This document shows positions 36,501 to 50,100 of a stretch of 64,000 bases of DNA, in pieces; position 1 is the first letter of the stretch, and each line of letters begins with the position of its first letter. The stretch spans positions 119,149,593 to 119,213,592 of the forward strand of contig NC_090378.1 in assembly GCF_036365525.1 (NCBI RefSeq). Reading direction: 5' to 3'. The stretch is from Heterodontus francisci (taxonomy: Eukaryota). Below the pieces are notes generated by a model that had not been told where the DNA came from, did not search any database, and was given only the letters and a program-made list of their open reading frames with translations. The translations under genes were made by a program, and so were the position numbers.

Positions 36501-39500
36501 CCAGTGCAGTCTCCTGCCAGGGCTCCATTCATCCAGTGCAGTCTCCAGCCAGAGCTCCATTCATCCAGTGCAGTCTCCAGCCAGGGCTCCATTCATCCAG
36601 TGCCGTCTCTAGCCAAGGCTCCATTCATCCAGTGCAGTCTCCAGCCATGGCTCCATTCATCCAATGCAGTCTCTAGCCAGGGCTCCATTCATCCAGTGCA
36701 GTCTCCAGCCAGGGCTCCATTCATCCAGTTCAGTCTTCAGCCTGGGCTCCATTCATCCAGTGCCGTCTGCAGTCAGGGCTCCATTCATTCGGTTCAGTCT
36801 TCAGCCAGGGCTCCATTCATCCAGTGCAGTCTCCATCCAGGGCTCCATTCATCCAGTGCAGTCTCCGGTCAAGGCTCCATTCATCCAGTGCAGTCTGCAG
36901 TCAGGGCTCCATTCATCCAGTGCAGTCTCCAGTCAGGGCACCATTCATCCAGTTCAGTCTTCAGCCAGGGTTCAATTCATCCAGTGCATTCTCCAGTCAG
37001 GGCTCCATTCATCCAGTGCAGTCTCCAGCCAGGGCTCCATTCATCCAGTGCAGTCTCCAGCCAGGGCTCCATTCATCCAGTGCAGTCTCCAGCCAGGGCT
37101 CCATTCATCCAGTGCCGTCTCCAGCCAAGGCTCCATTCATCCAGTGCAGTCTCTAGCCAGGGCTCCATTCATCCAGTGCAGTCTCCAGCCAGGGCTCCAT
37201 TCATCCAGTGCAGTCTCCAGTCAGGGCTCCATTCATCCAGTGCAGTCTCCAGTCAGGGCTCCATTCATCCAGTGCAGTCTCCAGCCAGAGCTCCATTCAT
37301 CCAGTGCAGTCTCCAGCCAAGGCTCCATTCATCCATTGCAGTCTCCAGCCATGGCTCCATTCATCCAATGCAGTCTCTATCCAGGGCTCTATTCATCCAG
37401 TGCAGTCTCCAGCCAGGGCTCCATTCATCCAGTTCAGTCTTCAGCCAGGGCTCGATTCATCTAGTGCCGTCTCCAGTCAGGGCTCCATTCATCCAGTTTA
37501 TTTTTCAGCCAGGGTTCGATTCATCCAGTGCAGTCTCCAGTCAGGGCTCCATTCATCCAGTGCAGTCTCTAGCCAGGGCTCCATTCATCCAGTGCAGTCT
37601 CCAGCCAGGGCTCCATTCATCCTTTGCAGTCATTAGCCAGGGCTCCATTCATCCAGTGCAGTCTCCAGCCTGGGCTCCATTCATCCAGTGCAGTCTCTAG
37701 CCAGGGCTCCATTCATCCAGTGCAGTCTCTAGCCAGGGCTCCATTCATCCAGTGCAGTCTCCAGCCAGGGCTCCATTCATCCAGTGCAGTCTCCAGCCAA
37801 GGCTCCATTCATCCTTTGCAGTCTCCAGTCAGGGCCCCATTCATCCAGTGCAGTCTCCAGCCAGGGCTCCATTCATCCAGTGCAGTCTCCAGCCATGGCT
37901 CCAATTATCCAATACAATCTCTAACCAGGGCTCCATTCATCCAGTGCAGTCTATGGTCAGGGCTCCATTCATCCAGTGCAGTCTCCTGCCAGGGCTCCAT
38001 TCATCCAGTGCAGTCTCCAGCCAGAGCTCCATTCATCCAGTGCAGTCTCCAGCCAGGGCTCCATTCATCCAGTGCCGTCTCTAGCCAAGGCTCCATTCAT
38101 CCAGTGCAGTCTCCAGCCATGGCTCCATTCATCCAATGCAGTCTCTAGCCAGGGCTCCATTCATCCAGTGCAGTCTCCAGCCAGGGCTCCATTCATCCAG
38201 TTCAGTCTTCAGCCAGGGCTCCATTCATCCAGTGCCGTCTGCAGTCAGGGCTCCATTCATTCGGTTCAGTCTTCAGCCAGGGCTCCATTCATCCAGTGCA
38301 GTCTCCATCCAGGGCTCCATTCATCCAGTGCAGTCTCCGGTCAAGGCTCCATTCATCCAGTGCAGTCTCCAGTCAGGGCTCCATTCATCCAGTGCAGTCT
38401 CCAGTCAGGGCACCATTCATCCAGTTCAGTCTTCTGCCAGGGCTCGATTCATCCAGTGCCGTCTCCAGTCAGGGCTCCATTCATGCAGTTCAGTCTTCAG
38501 CCAGGGCTCCATTCATCCAGTGCAGTCTCCAGCCAGGGCTCCATTCATCCAGTGCAGTCTCCGGTCAAGGCTCCATTCATCCAGTGCAGTCTCCAGTCAG
38601 GGCTCCATTCATCCAGTTCAATCTCTAGCCAGGGCTTGATTCATCCAGTGCCGTCTCCAGTCAGGGCTCCATTCATCCAGTGCAGTCTCTAGCCAGGGCT
38701 CCATTCATCCAGTGCCGTCTCCAGCCAGGGCTCCATTCATCCAGTGCAGTCTCTAGCCAGGGCTCCATTCATCCAGTGCCGTCTCCAGCCAGGGCTCCAT
38801 TCATCCAGTGCAGTCTGCAGCCAGGGCTCCATTCATCCAGTGCAGTCTCCAGTCAGGGCTCCGTTCATCCAGTTCAGTCTTCAGCCAGGGTTCAATTCAT
38901 CCAGTGCATTCTCCAGTCAGGGCTCCATTCATCCAGTGCAGTCTCGAGCCAGGGCTCCATTCATCCAGTGCAGTCTCTAGCCAGGGCTCCATTCATCCAG
39001 TGCAGTCTCCAGCCAGGGCTCCATTCATCCAGTGCCGTCTCCAGCCAAGGCTCCATTCATCCAGTGCAGTCTCTCGCCAGGGCTCCATTCATCCAGTGCA
39101 GTCTCCAGCCAGGGCTCCATTCATCCAGTGCAGTCTCCAGTCAGGGCTCCATTCATCCAGTGCAGTCCTTAGCCAGGGCTCCATTCATCCAGTGCAGTCT
39201 CCAGCCAGAGCTCCATTCATCCAGTGCAGTCTCCAGCCAAGGCTCCATTCATCCAGTGCAGTTTCCAGCCATGGCTCCAATTATCCAATGTAGTCTCTAA
39301 CCACGGCTCCATTCATATAGTGCAGTCTCCAGCCAGGGCTCCATTCATCCAGTGCAGTCGCCGGTCAAGGCTCCATTCATCCAGTGCAGTTTCCAGTCAG
39401 GGCTCCGTTCATCCAGTGCAGTCTCCAGTCAGGGCTCCATTCATCCAGTTCAGTCTTCAGTCAGGGCTCGATTCATCCAGTGCCGTCTCCAGTCAGGGCT

Positions 39501-40855
39501 CCATTCATCCAGTGCAGTCTCCAGCCAGGGCTCCATTCATCCAGTGCAGTCTCCGGTCAAGGCTCCATTCATCCAGTGCAGTCTCCAGCCAGGGCTCCAT
39601 TCATCCAGTGCCGTCTCCAGTCAGGGCTCCGTTCATCCAGTGCCGTCTCCAGTCAGGGCTCCATTCATCCAGTTCAGTCTCCAGCCAGGGCTCCATTCAT
39701 CCAGTGCAGTCTCCAGCCAGGGCTCCATTCATCCAGTGCAGTCTCCAGCCAGGGCTCCATTCATCCAGTGCCGTCTCCAGCCAATGCTCCATTCATCCAG
39801 TGCAGTCTCTAGCCAGGGCTCCATTCATCCAGTGCAGTCTCCAGCCAGGGCTCCATTCATCCAGTGCAGTCTCCAGTCAGGGCTCCATTCATCCAGTGCA
39901 GTCTCCAGTCAGGGCTCCATTCATCCAGTGCAGTCTCCAGCCAGAGCTCCATTCATCCAGTGCAGTCTCCAGCCAGGGCTCCATTCATCCAGTGCAGTCT
40001 CCAGTCAGGGCTCCATTCATCCAGTGCAGTCTCCAGTCAGGGCTCCATTCATCCAGTGCAGTCTCCAGCCAGAGCTCCATTCATCCAGTGCAGTCTCCAG
40101 CCAAGGCTCCATTCATCCATTGCAGTCTCCAGCCATGGCTCCATTCATCCAATGCAGTCTCTATCCAGGGCTCTATTCATCCAGTGCAGTCTCCAGCCAG
40201 GGCTCCATTCATCCAGTTCAGTCTTCAGCCAGGGCTCGATTCATCTAGTGCCGTCTCCAGTCAGGGCTCCATTCATCCAGTTTATTTTTCAGCCAGGGCT
40301 CCATTCATCCAGTGCAGTCTCTAGCCAGGGCTCCATTCATCCAGTGCAGTCTCTGGTCAAGGCTGCATTCATCCAGTGCAGTCTCCAGTCAGGGCTCCGT
40401 TCATCCAGTGCCTTCTCCAGTCAGGGCTCCATTCATCCAGTTCAGTCTTCAGCCAGCATTCGATTCATCCAGTGCCGTCTCCAGTCAGGGCTCCATTCAT
40501 CCAGTGCAGTCTCTAGCCAGGGCTCCATTCATCCAGTGCAGTCTCCAGCCAGGGCTCCATTCATCCAGTGCAGTCTCTAGCAAGGGCTCCATTCATCCAG
40601 TGCAGTCTCCAGCCTGGGCTCCATTCATCCAGTGCAGTCTCTAGCCAGGGCTCCATTCATCCAGTGCAGTCTCTAGCCAGGGCTCCATTCATCCAGTGCA
40701 GTCTCCAGCCAGGGCTCCATTCATCCAGTGCAGTCTCCAGCCAAGGCTCCATTCATCCTTTGCAGTCTCCAGTCAGGGCTCCATTCATCCAGTGCAGTCT
40801 CCAGCCAGGGCTCCATTCATCCAGTGCAGTCTCTAGCCAGGGCTCCGTTCATCCA
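27512..40855. repeat. 32-bp satellite array, about 416 copies, complete within the window
   Basis: Consensus CCAGTGCAGTCTCCAGYCAGGGCTCCATTCAT; degenerate first unit at about 27512-27540; phase is kept across the array. Confidence 0.99.
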
Positions 40856-40985
40856 TCATATCAGTAAAAAGTACAAGGTGAAAACCATCAAACTGTAATC
40901 GTGGAGCCTGTCCTCAGGATGGGGGATAAGGGAGCTGCATGGATTGGTGAAGAGACATCCTCTTTTCTCTCAGATACACACCTCC

Positions 40986-42523
40986 CTGACCTCCATTCCT
41001 CCCTCTATCTGACCTCCATCCCTCTCTCTATCTGAGCTCTATCCCTCCCTCTATCTGATCTCCATCCCTCCCTCTATCTGACCTCCATCCCTTCCTCTAT
41101 CTGACCTCCATCCCTCCCTCTATCTGACCTCCATCCCTCCCTCTATCTGATCTCCATCCCTCCCTCTATCTGACCTCCATCCCTCCCTCTATCTGACCTC
41201 CATCCCTCCCTCTATCTGATCTCCATCCCTCCCTCTATCTGACCTCCATCCCTCCCTCTATCTGATCTCCATCCCTCCCTCTATCTGAGCTCCATCCCTC
41301 CCTCTATCTGATCTCCATCCCTCCCTCTATCTGACCTCCATCCCTCCCTCTATCTGATCTCCATCCCTCCCTCTATCTGATCTCCATCCCTCCCTCTATC
41401 TGACCTCCATCCCTCCCTCTATCTGAGCTCCATCCCTCCCTCTATCTGATCTCCATCCCTCCCTATATCTGAGCTCCATCCCTCCCTCTGTCTGATCTCC
41501 ATCCCTCCCTCTATCTGAGCTCCATCCCTCCCTCTATCTGATCTCCATCCCTCCCTCTATCTGATCTCCATCCCTCCCTCTATCTGAGCTCCATCCCTCC
41601 CTCTATCTGACCTCCATCCCTCCCTCTATCTGATCTCCATCCCTCCCTCTATCTGATCTCCATCCCTCCCTCTATCTGAGCTCCATCCCTCCCTCTATCT
41701 GAGCTCCATCCCTCCCTCTATCTGATCTCCATCCCTCCCTCTATCTGATCTCCATCCCTCCCTCTATCTGAGCTCCATCCCTCCCTCTATCTGATCTCCA
41801 TCCCTCCCTCTATCTGATCTCCATCCCTCCCTCTATCTGAACTCCATCCCTCCCTCTATCTGATCTCCATCCCTCCCTCTATCTGATCTCCATCCCTCCC
41901 TCTATCTGATCTCCATCCCTCCCTCTATCTGATCTCCATTCCTCCCTCTATCTGATCTCCATCCCTCCCTCTAACTGATCTCCATCCCTCCCTCTATCTG
42001 AGCTCCATCCCTCCCTCTATCTAATCTCCATCCCTCCCTCTATCTGAGCTCCATCCCTCCTTCTATCTGAACTCCATCCCTCCCTCTATCTGATCTCCAT
42101 CCCTCCTTCTATCTGAGCTCCATCCCTCCCTCTATCTGAGCTGCATCCCTCCCTCTATCTGAGCTCCATCCCTCCCTCTATCTGATCTCCATCCCTCCCT
42201 CTATCTGATCTCCATCCCTCCCTCTATCTGAGCTCCATCCCTCCCTCTATCTGAGCTCCATCCCTCCCTCTATCTGATCTCCATCCCTCCCTCTATCTGA
42301 GCTCCATCCCTCCCTCTATCTGATCTCCATCCCTCCCTCTATCTGATCTCCATCCCTCCCTCTATCTGATCTCCATCCCTCCCTCTATCTGATCTCCATC
42401 CCTCCCTCTATCTGAGCTCCATCCCTCCCTCTATCTGAGCTCCATCCCTCCCTCTATCTGATCTCCATCCCTCCCTCTATCTGAGCTCCATCCCTCCCTC
42501 TATCTGATCTCCATCCCTCCCTC
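40986..42523. repeat. 23-bp minisatellite, about 67 copies
   Basis: Unit CTGANCTCCATCCCTCCCTCTAT, where N is C, T, G or A; strongly pyrimidine-rich on the + strand. Confidence 0.98.
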
Positions 42524-42833
42524 CAGAGCTTTCTGCAAATAAACACAGAATGGATGAAAGATACAATAAAAGAATTATGAAGATGATTATCAGAGATGTG
42601 TCATTATTATAGTTAAAAAGGTCTCCTTCTCAGTGAAGATATATCCTGCTGAATAATATATACAGACAGGCTGTGCTAAAGTTGGACAATGTTGAGATGT
42701 AGATTTTATATTTTACCAAAAAGCAGAATTGAGTAAACAAGATGTGAACAAGATGATTAGAAATTGTTTACAGACACTGATGACAGTCTCTGTGTTCCTC
42801 AGGCGGTCCCAGTCGTGTTGTTCACAAACCATG

Positions 42834-43513
42834 GGGGGAGTTTTATTCCCTCCCCATGGCGGGTTTGGAGGTGGGAGAGCCGATAATGGGGTGGGATGGT
42901 GACGGGGGAGGGACCACCGCCAATTAAGGCCCTTTAGAGGGTAATTAATTCCCAATTACCTCATTGCACTGCCACCACAATTAGCCCAGCTGTGGGCGGG
43001 GCCTGTCGCCACACGGGGAGCATGACAAGAAAAACCGTGCGAGTTGCTTCCTGGCTCCGTTTGGGGAGGGGAGAGTCCCTTGTTAAAAGACACTTCGTGC
43101 CTGAACACGGAACCCAGCATCGGGAATGGGGGCCCGCTGAGAGTCAACCCCCCTTCCCTTGATGCTGACCCCCCGACACACCTCTCCCATATGACCCCCA
43201 CCCCGCGGAACCACTCCTGCCCTGACCTACCTGTGACCTGGTTCCTGCACCGCTCCGAGGCCTCGGGTTGGTTCTCCACTGTCAGCAGCCACTGCCTCCA
43301 CTGTGGCGTTGCTCAGTTCCTCTGATTGGCTGGCAGTTCTCAGAGGGCGGGACTTCAGTGTGGTCCTTGATCCCGTGAAAGGTCCACTGCTGTCCAGTTA
43401 CGCGCCTAATTGGTACTTTATTTGGTGAGCCTCTCACAGAAGGAGAAACGTGGGGCTCTTGGTGGGTCTTTTGCTGGAGTCGGGACCCTGTCACCTGGAT
43501 AAACTCCTGACCC
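42834..43513. mobile_element. Putative MITE-like DNA transposon
   Basis: Imperfect inverted ends GGGGGAGTTTTATTCC ... GGATAAACTCCTGACCC, flanked by ATG on both sides (42831-42833 and 43514-43516; possible 3-bp TSD). CpG-rich interior. Confidence 0.4.
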
Positions 43514-43896
43514 ATGTTTTGCAGTCAACCTGCTCTTCTTAACGGCAGGCTGTCCCTTTTAAAGGAAATCTGAACTGAATAATATTAATGCAATTGAAAT
43601 GGTTTCAAACTGAATGCTGGCATGATGGATGTGATGCTGGAGGCGTCAGCGGTGAAGGTGGTTAGGAAGAAAGACATTATGGATCCTCGGAGTGGGGGGA
43701 GGGTGGGGTGTGTGCGGGGTGGTCAGGAGGCATTGGTGGGAGTGTGAGGATGAGGTGGAGAATCTGACTGTCAGGAGTGAATCCTGAGTGCCAGGGATTG
43801 TTACTGGGTGAGTGATGGGGGTCTGGTACAATGAGCAGCAGGAGAGGTTGGTGCTGTGCTTGGTGGGAGATGTCCTGTGAAGATACATTCACTGAC

Positions 43897-44012
43897 CTTG
43901 ACCACCCCTGAGAGGTCACTGAACTTCCCGCGACATTACTGTCAGGTCCTCAGGTCCAGACTGCAGGAATTGACCTCCCTGGTCACCGCGCCCATTCTCT
44001 TCTCAGCGTTTT
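43897..44012 (-). pseudogene. Decayed Myb/SANT-like DNA-binding exon, probably from a PIF/Harbinger transposon
   Basis: Hand translation gives KTLRREW/(frameshift)AVTREVNSCSLDLRT*Q*CRGKFSDLSGVVK, then a GTCAGT donor. This matches the W..VA..VN......RTWQQCRKKF.DL pattern, with TGG>TGA and CAA>TAA stops. Confidence 0.6.
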
Positions 44013-44125
44013 GCTTTGAGGGTCTCCTGGCACCTTGTGCAAACATTGATTTTCTCCTCCTTTGTAACTATTCTTTTCATGTCTCCAGTGTCACATTGGG
44101 AACCCTGGGAGCCCTCTCTCTGCTC

Positions 44126-47100
44126 TCCAGTCTGTGTACTCAGGTACATCACACTTCACAATCCAGTCTGTGTAATCAGGTACATCACACTTCACAATCC
44201 AGTCTGTGTAATCAGGTATATCACACTTCACAATCCAGTCTGTGTACTCAGGTACATCACACTTCACAATAAAGTCTGTGTACTCAGATACATCACACTT
44301 CACAATCCAGTCTGTGTACTCAGGTACATCACACTTCACAATCCAGTCTGTGTACTCAGGTACATCACACTTCACAATCCAGTCTGTGTACTCAGGTACA
44401 TCACACTTCACAATCCAGTCTGTGTAATCAGGTACATCACACTTCACAATCCAGTCTGTGTACTCAGGTACATCACACTTCACAATCCAGTCTGTGTACT
44501 CAGGTACATCACACTTCACAATCCAGTCTGTGTACTCAGGTACATCACACTTCACAATCCAGTCTGTGTACTCAGATACATCACACTTCACAATCCGGTC
44601 TGTGTACTCAGATACATCACACTTCACAATCCAGTCCGTGAACTCAGATACATCACACTTCACAATCCAGTCTGTGTACTCGGGTACATCACACTTCACA
44701 ATCCAGTCCGTGAACTCAGATACATCACACTTCACAATCCAGTCCGTGAACTCAGATACATCACACTTCACAATCCAGTCTGTGTAATCAGGTATATCAC
44801 ACTTCACAATCCAGTCTGTGTACTCAGGTACATCACACTTCACAATCCAGTCTGTGTAATCAGGTATATCACACTTCACAATCCAGTCTGTGTAATCAGG
44901 TATATCACACTTCACAATCCAGTCTGTGTACTCAGATACATCACACTTCACAATCCAGTCTGTGTACTCAGGTACATCACACTTCACAATCCAGTCTGTG
45001 TAATCAGGTATATCACACTTCACAATCCAGTCTGTGTACTCAGGTACATCACACTTCACAATCCAGTCTGTGTAATCAGGTATATCACACTTCACAATCC
45101 AGTCTGTGTAATCAGGTATATCACACTTCACAATCCAGTCTGTGTACTCAGGTACATCACACTTCACAATCCAGTCTGTGTACTCAGGTACATCACACTT
45201 CACAATCCAGTCTGTGTAATCAGGTATATCACACTTCACAATCCAGTCTGTGTACTCAGGTACATCACACTTCACAATCCAGTCTGTGTACTCAGATACA
45301 TCACACTTCACAATCCGGTCTGTGTACTCAGATACATCACACTTCACAATCCAGTCCGTGAACTCAGATACATCACACTTCACAATCCAGTCTGTGTACT
45401 CGGGTACATCACACTTCACAATCCAGTCCGTGAACTCAGATACATCACACTTCACAATCCAGTCCGTGAACTCAGGTACATCACACTTCACAATCCAGTC
45501 TGTGTAATCAGGTATATCACACTTCACAATCCAGTCTGTGTAATCAGGTATATCACACTTCACAATCCAGTCTGTGTACTCAGATACATCACACTTCACA
45601 ATCCAGTCTGTGTACTCAGGTACATCACACTTCACAATCCAGTCTGTGTAATCAGGTATATCACACTTCACAATCCAGTCTGTGTACTCAGGTACATCAC
45701 ACTTCACAATCCAGTCTGTGTAATCAGGTATATCACACTTCACAATCCAGTCTGTGTAATCAGGTATATCACACTTCACAATCCAGTCTGTGTACTCAGG
45801 TACATCACACTTCACAATCCAGTCTGTGTAATCAGGTATATCACACTTCACAATCCAGTCTGTGTACTCAGGTATATCACACTGCACAATCCAGTCTGTG
45901 TACTCAGGGATATCACACTTCACAATCCAGTCTGTGTACTCAGGTATATCACACTTCACAATACGGACTGTGTACTCAGAGACATCACCGTTCACAATCC
46001 AATCTGTGTACTCAGGTATATCACCGTTCACAATCCAGTCTGTGTACTCAGGTACATCACACTTCACAATCCAGTCCGTGAACTCAGGTACATCACACTT
46101 CACAATCCAGTCTGTGTACTCAGGTACATCACACTTCACAATCCAGTCTGTGTCCTCAGGTACATCACACTTCACAATCCAGTCTGTGTACTCAGTTACA
46201 TCGCTCTTCACAATCCAGTCTGTGTAGTCAGGAACATCACACTTCACAATCCAGTCTGCATACTCAGGTACATCACACTTCGCAATCCAGTCCGTGTACA
46301 CAGGTACATCACACTTCACAATCCAGTCTGTGTACTCAGGTACATCACACTTCACAATCCAGTCTGTGTACTCAGGTACATCACACTTCACAATCCAGTC
46401 TGTGTACTCAGGTACATCACACTTCACAATCCTGTCTGTGTACACAGGTACATCACACTTCGCAATCCAGTCCGTGTACACAGGTACATCACATTTCACA
46501 ATCCAGTCTGTGTACTCAGGTACATCACACTTCACAATCCAGTCTGTGTACTCAGGTACATCACACTTCGCAATCCAGTCCGTGTACACAGGTACATCAC
46601 ACTTCACAATCCAGTCTGTGTACTCAGATACATCACACTTCACAATCCAGACTGTGTACTCAGGTACATCACACTTCACAATCCAGTCTGTGTAATCAGG
46701 TATATCACACTTCACAATCCAGTCTGTGTACTCAGGTACATCACACATCACAATCCAGTCTGTGTACTGAGGTACATCACACTTCGCAATCCAGTCTGAG
46801 TACTCAGGTACATCACACTTCACAATCCAGTCTGTGTACTCAGGTACATCACACTTCACAATCCAGTCTGTGCACACAGGTACATCACACTTCACAATCC
46901 AGTCTGTGTACACAGGTACATCACACTTCACAATCCAGTCTGTGTACTCAGGTACATCACACTTCACAATCCAGTCTGTGTACACAGGTACATCACACTT
47001 CACAATCCAGTCTGTGTACTCAGGTACATCACACTTCACAATCCTGTCTGTGCACTCAGGAACATCACACTTCACAATCCAGTCTGTGTACACAGGCACA

Positions 47101-50100
47101 TCACACTTCACAATCCATTCTGCTTACTCAGGTACATCACAATTCACAGTCCAGTCTGTGTACTCAGGTGCATCACACTTCACAATCCATTCTGTGTACT
47201 CAGGTACATCACTCTTCACAATCCGGTCTGTGTACTCAGGTAAATCACACTTCACAATCCGGTCTGCGTACTCAGGTACATCACACTTCACAATCCAGTC
47301 TGTGTACTCAGGTACATCACACTTCACAATCCGGTCTGTGTACTCAGGTACATCACACTTCACAATCCGGTCTGTGTACTCAGGAACATCACAATTCACA
47401 ATCCAGTCTGTGTACTCAGGTACAACACACTTCACAATCCGGTCTGAGTACTCAGGTACATCACACTTCACAATCCAGTCTGTGTAATCAGGTATATCAC
47501 ACATCACAATCCAGTCTGTGTAATCAGGTATATCACACTTCACAATCCAGTCTGTATACTCAGATACATCACACTTCACCATCCAGTCTGTGTACTCAGG
47601 TATATCACACTGCACAATCCAGTCTGTGTACTCAGGTATATCACACTTCACAATCCAGTCTGTGTACTCAGGTATATCACACTTCACAATACGGACTGTG
47701 TACTCAGAGACATCACCGTTCACAATCCAATCTGTGTACTCAGGTATATCACCGTTCACAATCCAGTCTGTGTACTCAGGTACATCACACTTCACAATCC
47801 AGTCCGTGAACTCAGGTACATCACACTTCGCAATCCAGTCCGTGTACACAGGTACATCACACTTCACAATCCAGTCCGTGTACTCAGGTACATCACACTT
47901 CACAATCCAGTCTGTGTACTCAGGTACATCACACTTCACAATCCAGTCTGTGTACTCAGGTACATCACACTTCACAATCCTGTCTGTGTACACAGGTACA
48001 TCACACTTCACAATCCAGTCCGTGTACACAGGTACATCACACTTCACAATCCAGTCTGTGTACTCAGGTACATCACACTTCACAATCCTGTCTGTGTACT
48101 CAGGTACATCACACTTCACAATCCAGTCTGTGTACTCAGGTACATCTCACTTCGCAATCCAGTCCGTGTACACAGGTACATCACACTTCACAATCCAGTC
48201 TGTGTACTCAGGTACATCACACTTCACAATCCTGGCTGTGCACTCATGTACATCACACTTCACAATCCAGTCTGTGTACTCAGGTATATAACACTTCACA
48301 ATCCAGACTGTGTACTCAGGTACATCACACTTCGCAATCCAGTCTGTGTCCTCAGGTACATCACACTTCACAATCCAGTCTGTGTACTCAGTTACATCGC
48401 TCTTCACAATCCAGTCTGTGTAGTCAGGAACATCACACTTCACAATCCAGTCTGCATACTCAGGTACATCACACTTCGCAATCCAGTCCGTGTACACAGG
48501 TACATCACACTTCACAATCCAGTCTGTGTACTCAGGTACATCACACTTCACAATCCAGTCTGTGTACTCAGGTACATCACACTTCACAATCCAGTCTGTG
48601 TACTCAGGTACATCACACTTCACAATCCTGTCTGTGTACACAGGTACATCACACTTCGCAATCCAGTCCGTGTACACAGGTACATCACATTTCACAATCC
48701 AGTCTGTGTACTCAGGTACATCACACTTCACAATCCAGTCTGTGTACTCAGGTACATCACACTTCGCAATCCAGTCCGTGTACACAGGTACATCACACTT
48801 CACAATCCAGTCTGTGTACTCAGATACATCACACTTCACAATCCAGACTGTGTACTCAGGTACATCACACTTCACAATCCAGTCTGTGTAATCAGGTATA
48901 TCACACTTCACAATCCAGTCTGTGTACTCAGGTACATCACACATCACAATCCAGTCTGTGTACTGAGGTACATCACACTTCGCAATCCAGTCTGAGTACT
49001 CAGGTACATCACACTTCACAATCCAGTCTGTGTACTCAGGTACATCACACTTCACAATCCAGTCTGTGCACACAGGTACATCACACTTCACAATCCAGTC
49101 TGTGTACACAGGTACATCACACTTCACAATCCAGTCTGTGTACTCAGGTACATCACACTTCACAATCCAGTCTGTGTACACAGGTACATCACACTTCACA
49201 ATCCAGTCTGTGTACTCAGGTACATCACACTTCACAATCCTGTCTGTGCACTCAGGAACATCACACTTCACAATCCAGTCTGTGTACACAGGCACATCAC
49301 ACTTCACAATCCATTCTGCTTACTCAGGTACATCACAATTCACAGTCCAGTCTGTGTACTCAGGTGCATCACACTTCACAATCCATTCTGTGTACTCAGG
49401 TATATCACTCTTCACAATCCGGTCTGTGTACTCAGGTAAATCACACTTCACAATCCGGTCTGCGTACTCAGGTACATCACACTTCACAATCCAGTCTGTG
49501 TACTCAGGTACATCACACTTCACAATCCGGTCTGTGTACTCAGGTACATCACACTTCACAATCCGGTCTGTGTACTCAGGAACATCACAATTCACAATCC
49601 AGTCTGTGTACTCAGGTACAACACACTTCACAATCCGGTCTGAGTACTCAGGTACATCACACTTCACAATCCAGTCTGTGTAATCAGGTATATCACACAT
49701 CACAATCCAGTCTGTGTAATCAGGTATATCACACTTCACAATCCAGTCTGTATACTCAGATACATCACACTTCACCATCCAGTCTGTGTACTCAGGTATA
49801 TCACACTGCACAATCCAGTCTGTGTACTCAGGTATATCACACTTCACAATCCAGTCTGTGTACTCAGGTATATCACACTTCACAATACGGACTGTGTACT
49901 CAGAGACATCACCGTTCACAATCCAATCTGTGTACTCAGGTATATCACCGTTCACAATCCAGTCTGTGTACTCAGGTACATCACACTTCACAATCCAGTC
50001 CGTGAACTCAGGTACATCACACTTCGCAATCCAGTCCGTGTACACAGGTACATCACACTTCACAATCCAGTCCGTGTACTCAGGTACATCACACTTCACA

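Noticed and set aside
27489-40867. Ser/Gln/Pro-rich mucin-like ORFs
   Set aside because: Translation of the 32-bp satellite. The same peptide cycles through all three frames and is broken by random TAG variants.
44110-44200. Splice-like signals in the 36-mer (CCAG acceptor, CAG/GTACAT donor) suggesting a micro-exon array
   Set aside because: This would imply 13-nt exons and 23-nt introns, too short for vertebrate splicing. Only the first unit has a pyrimidine tract.
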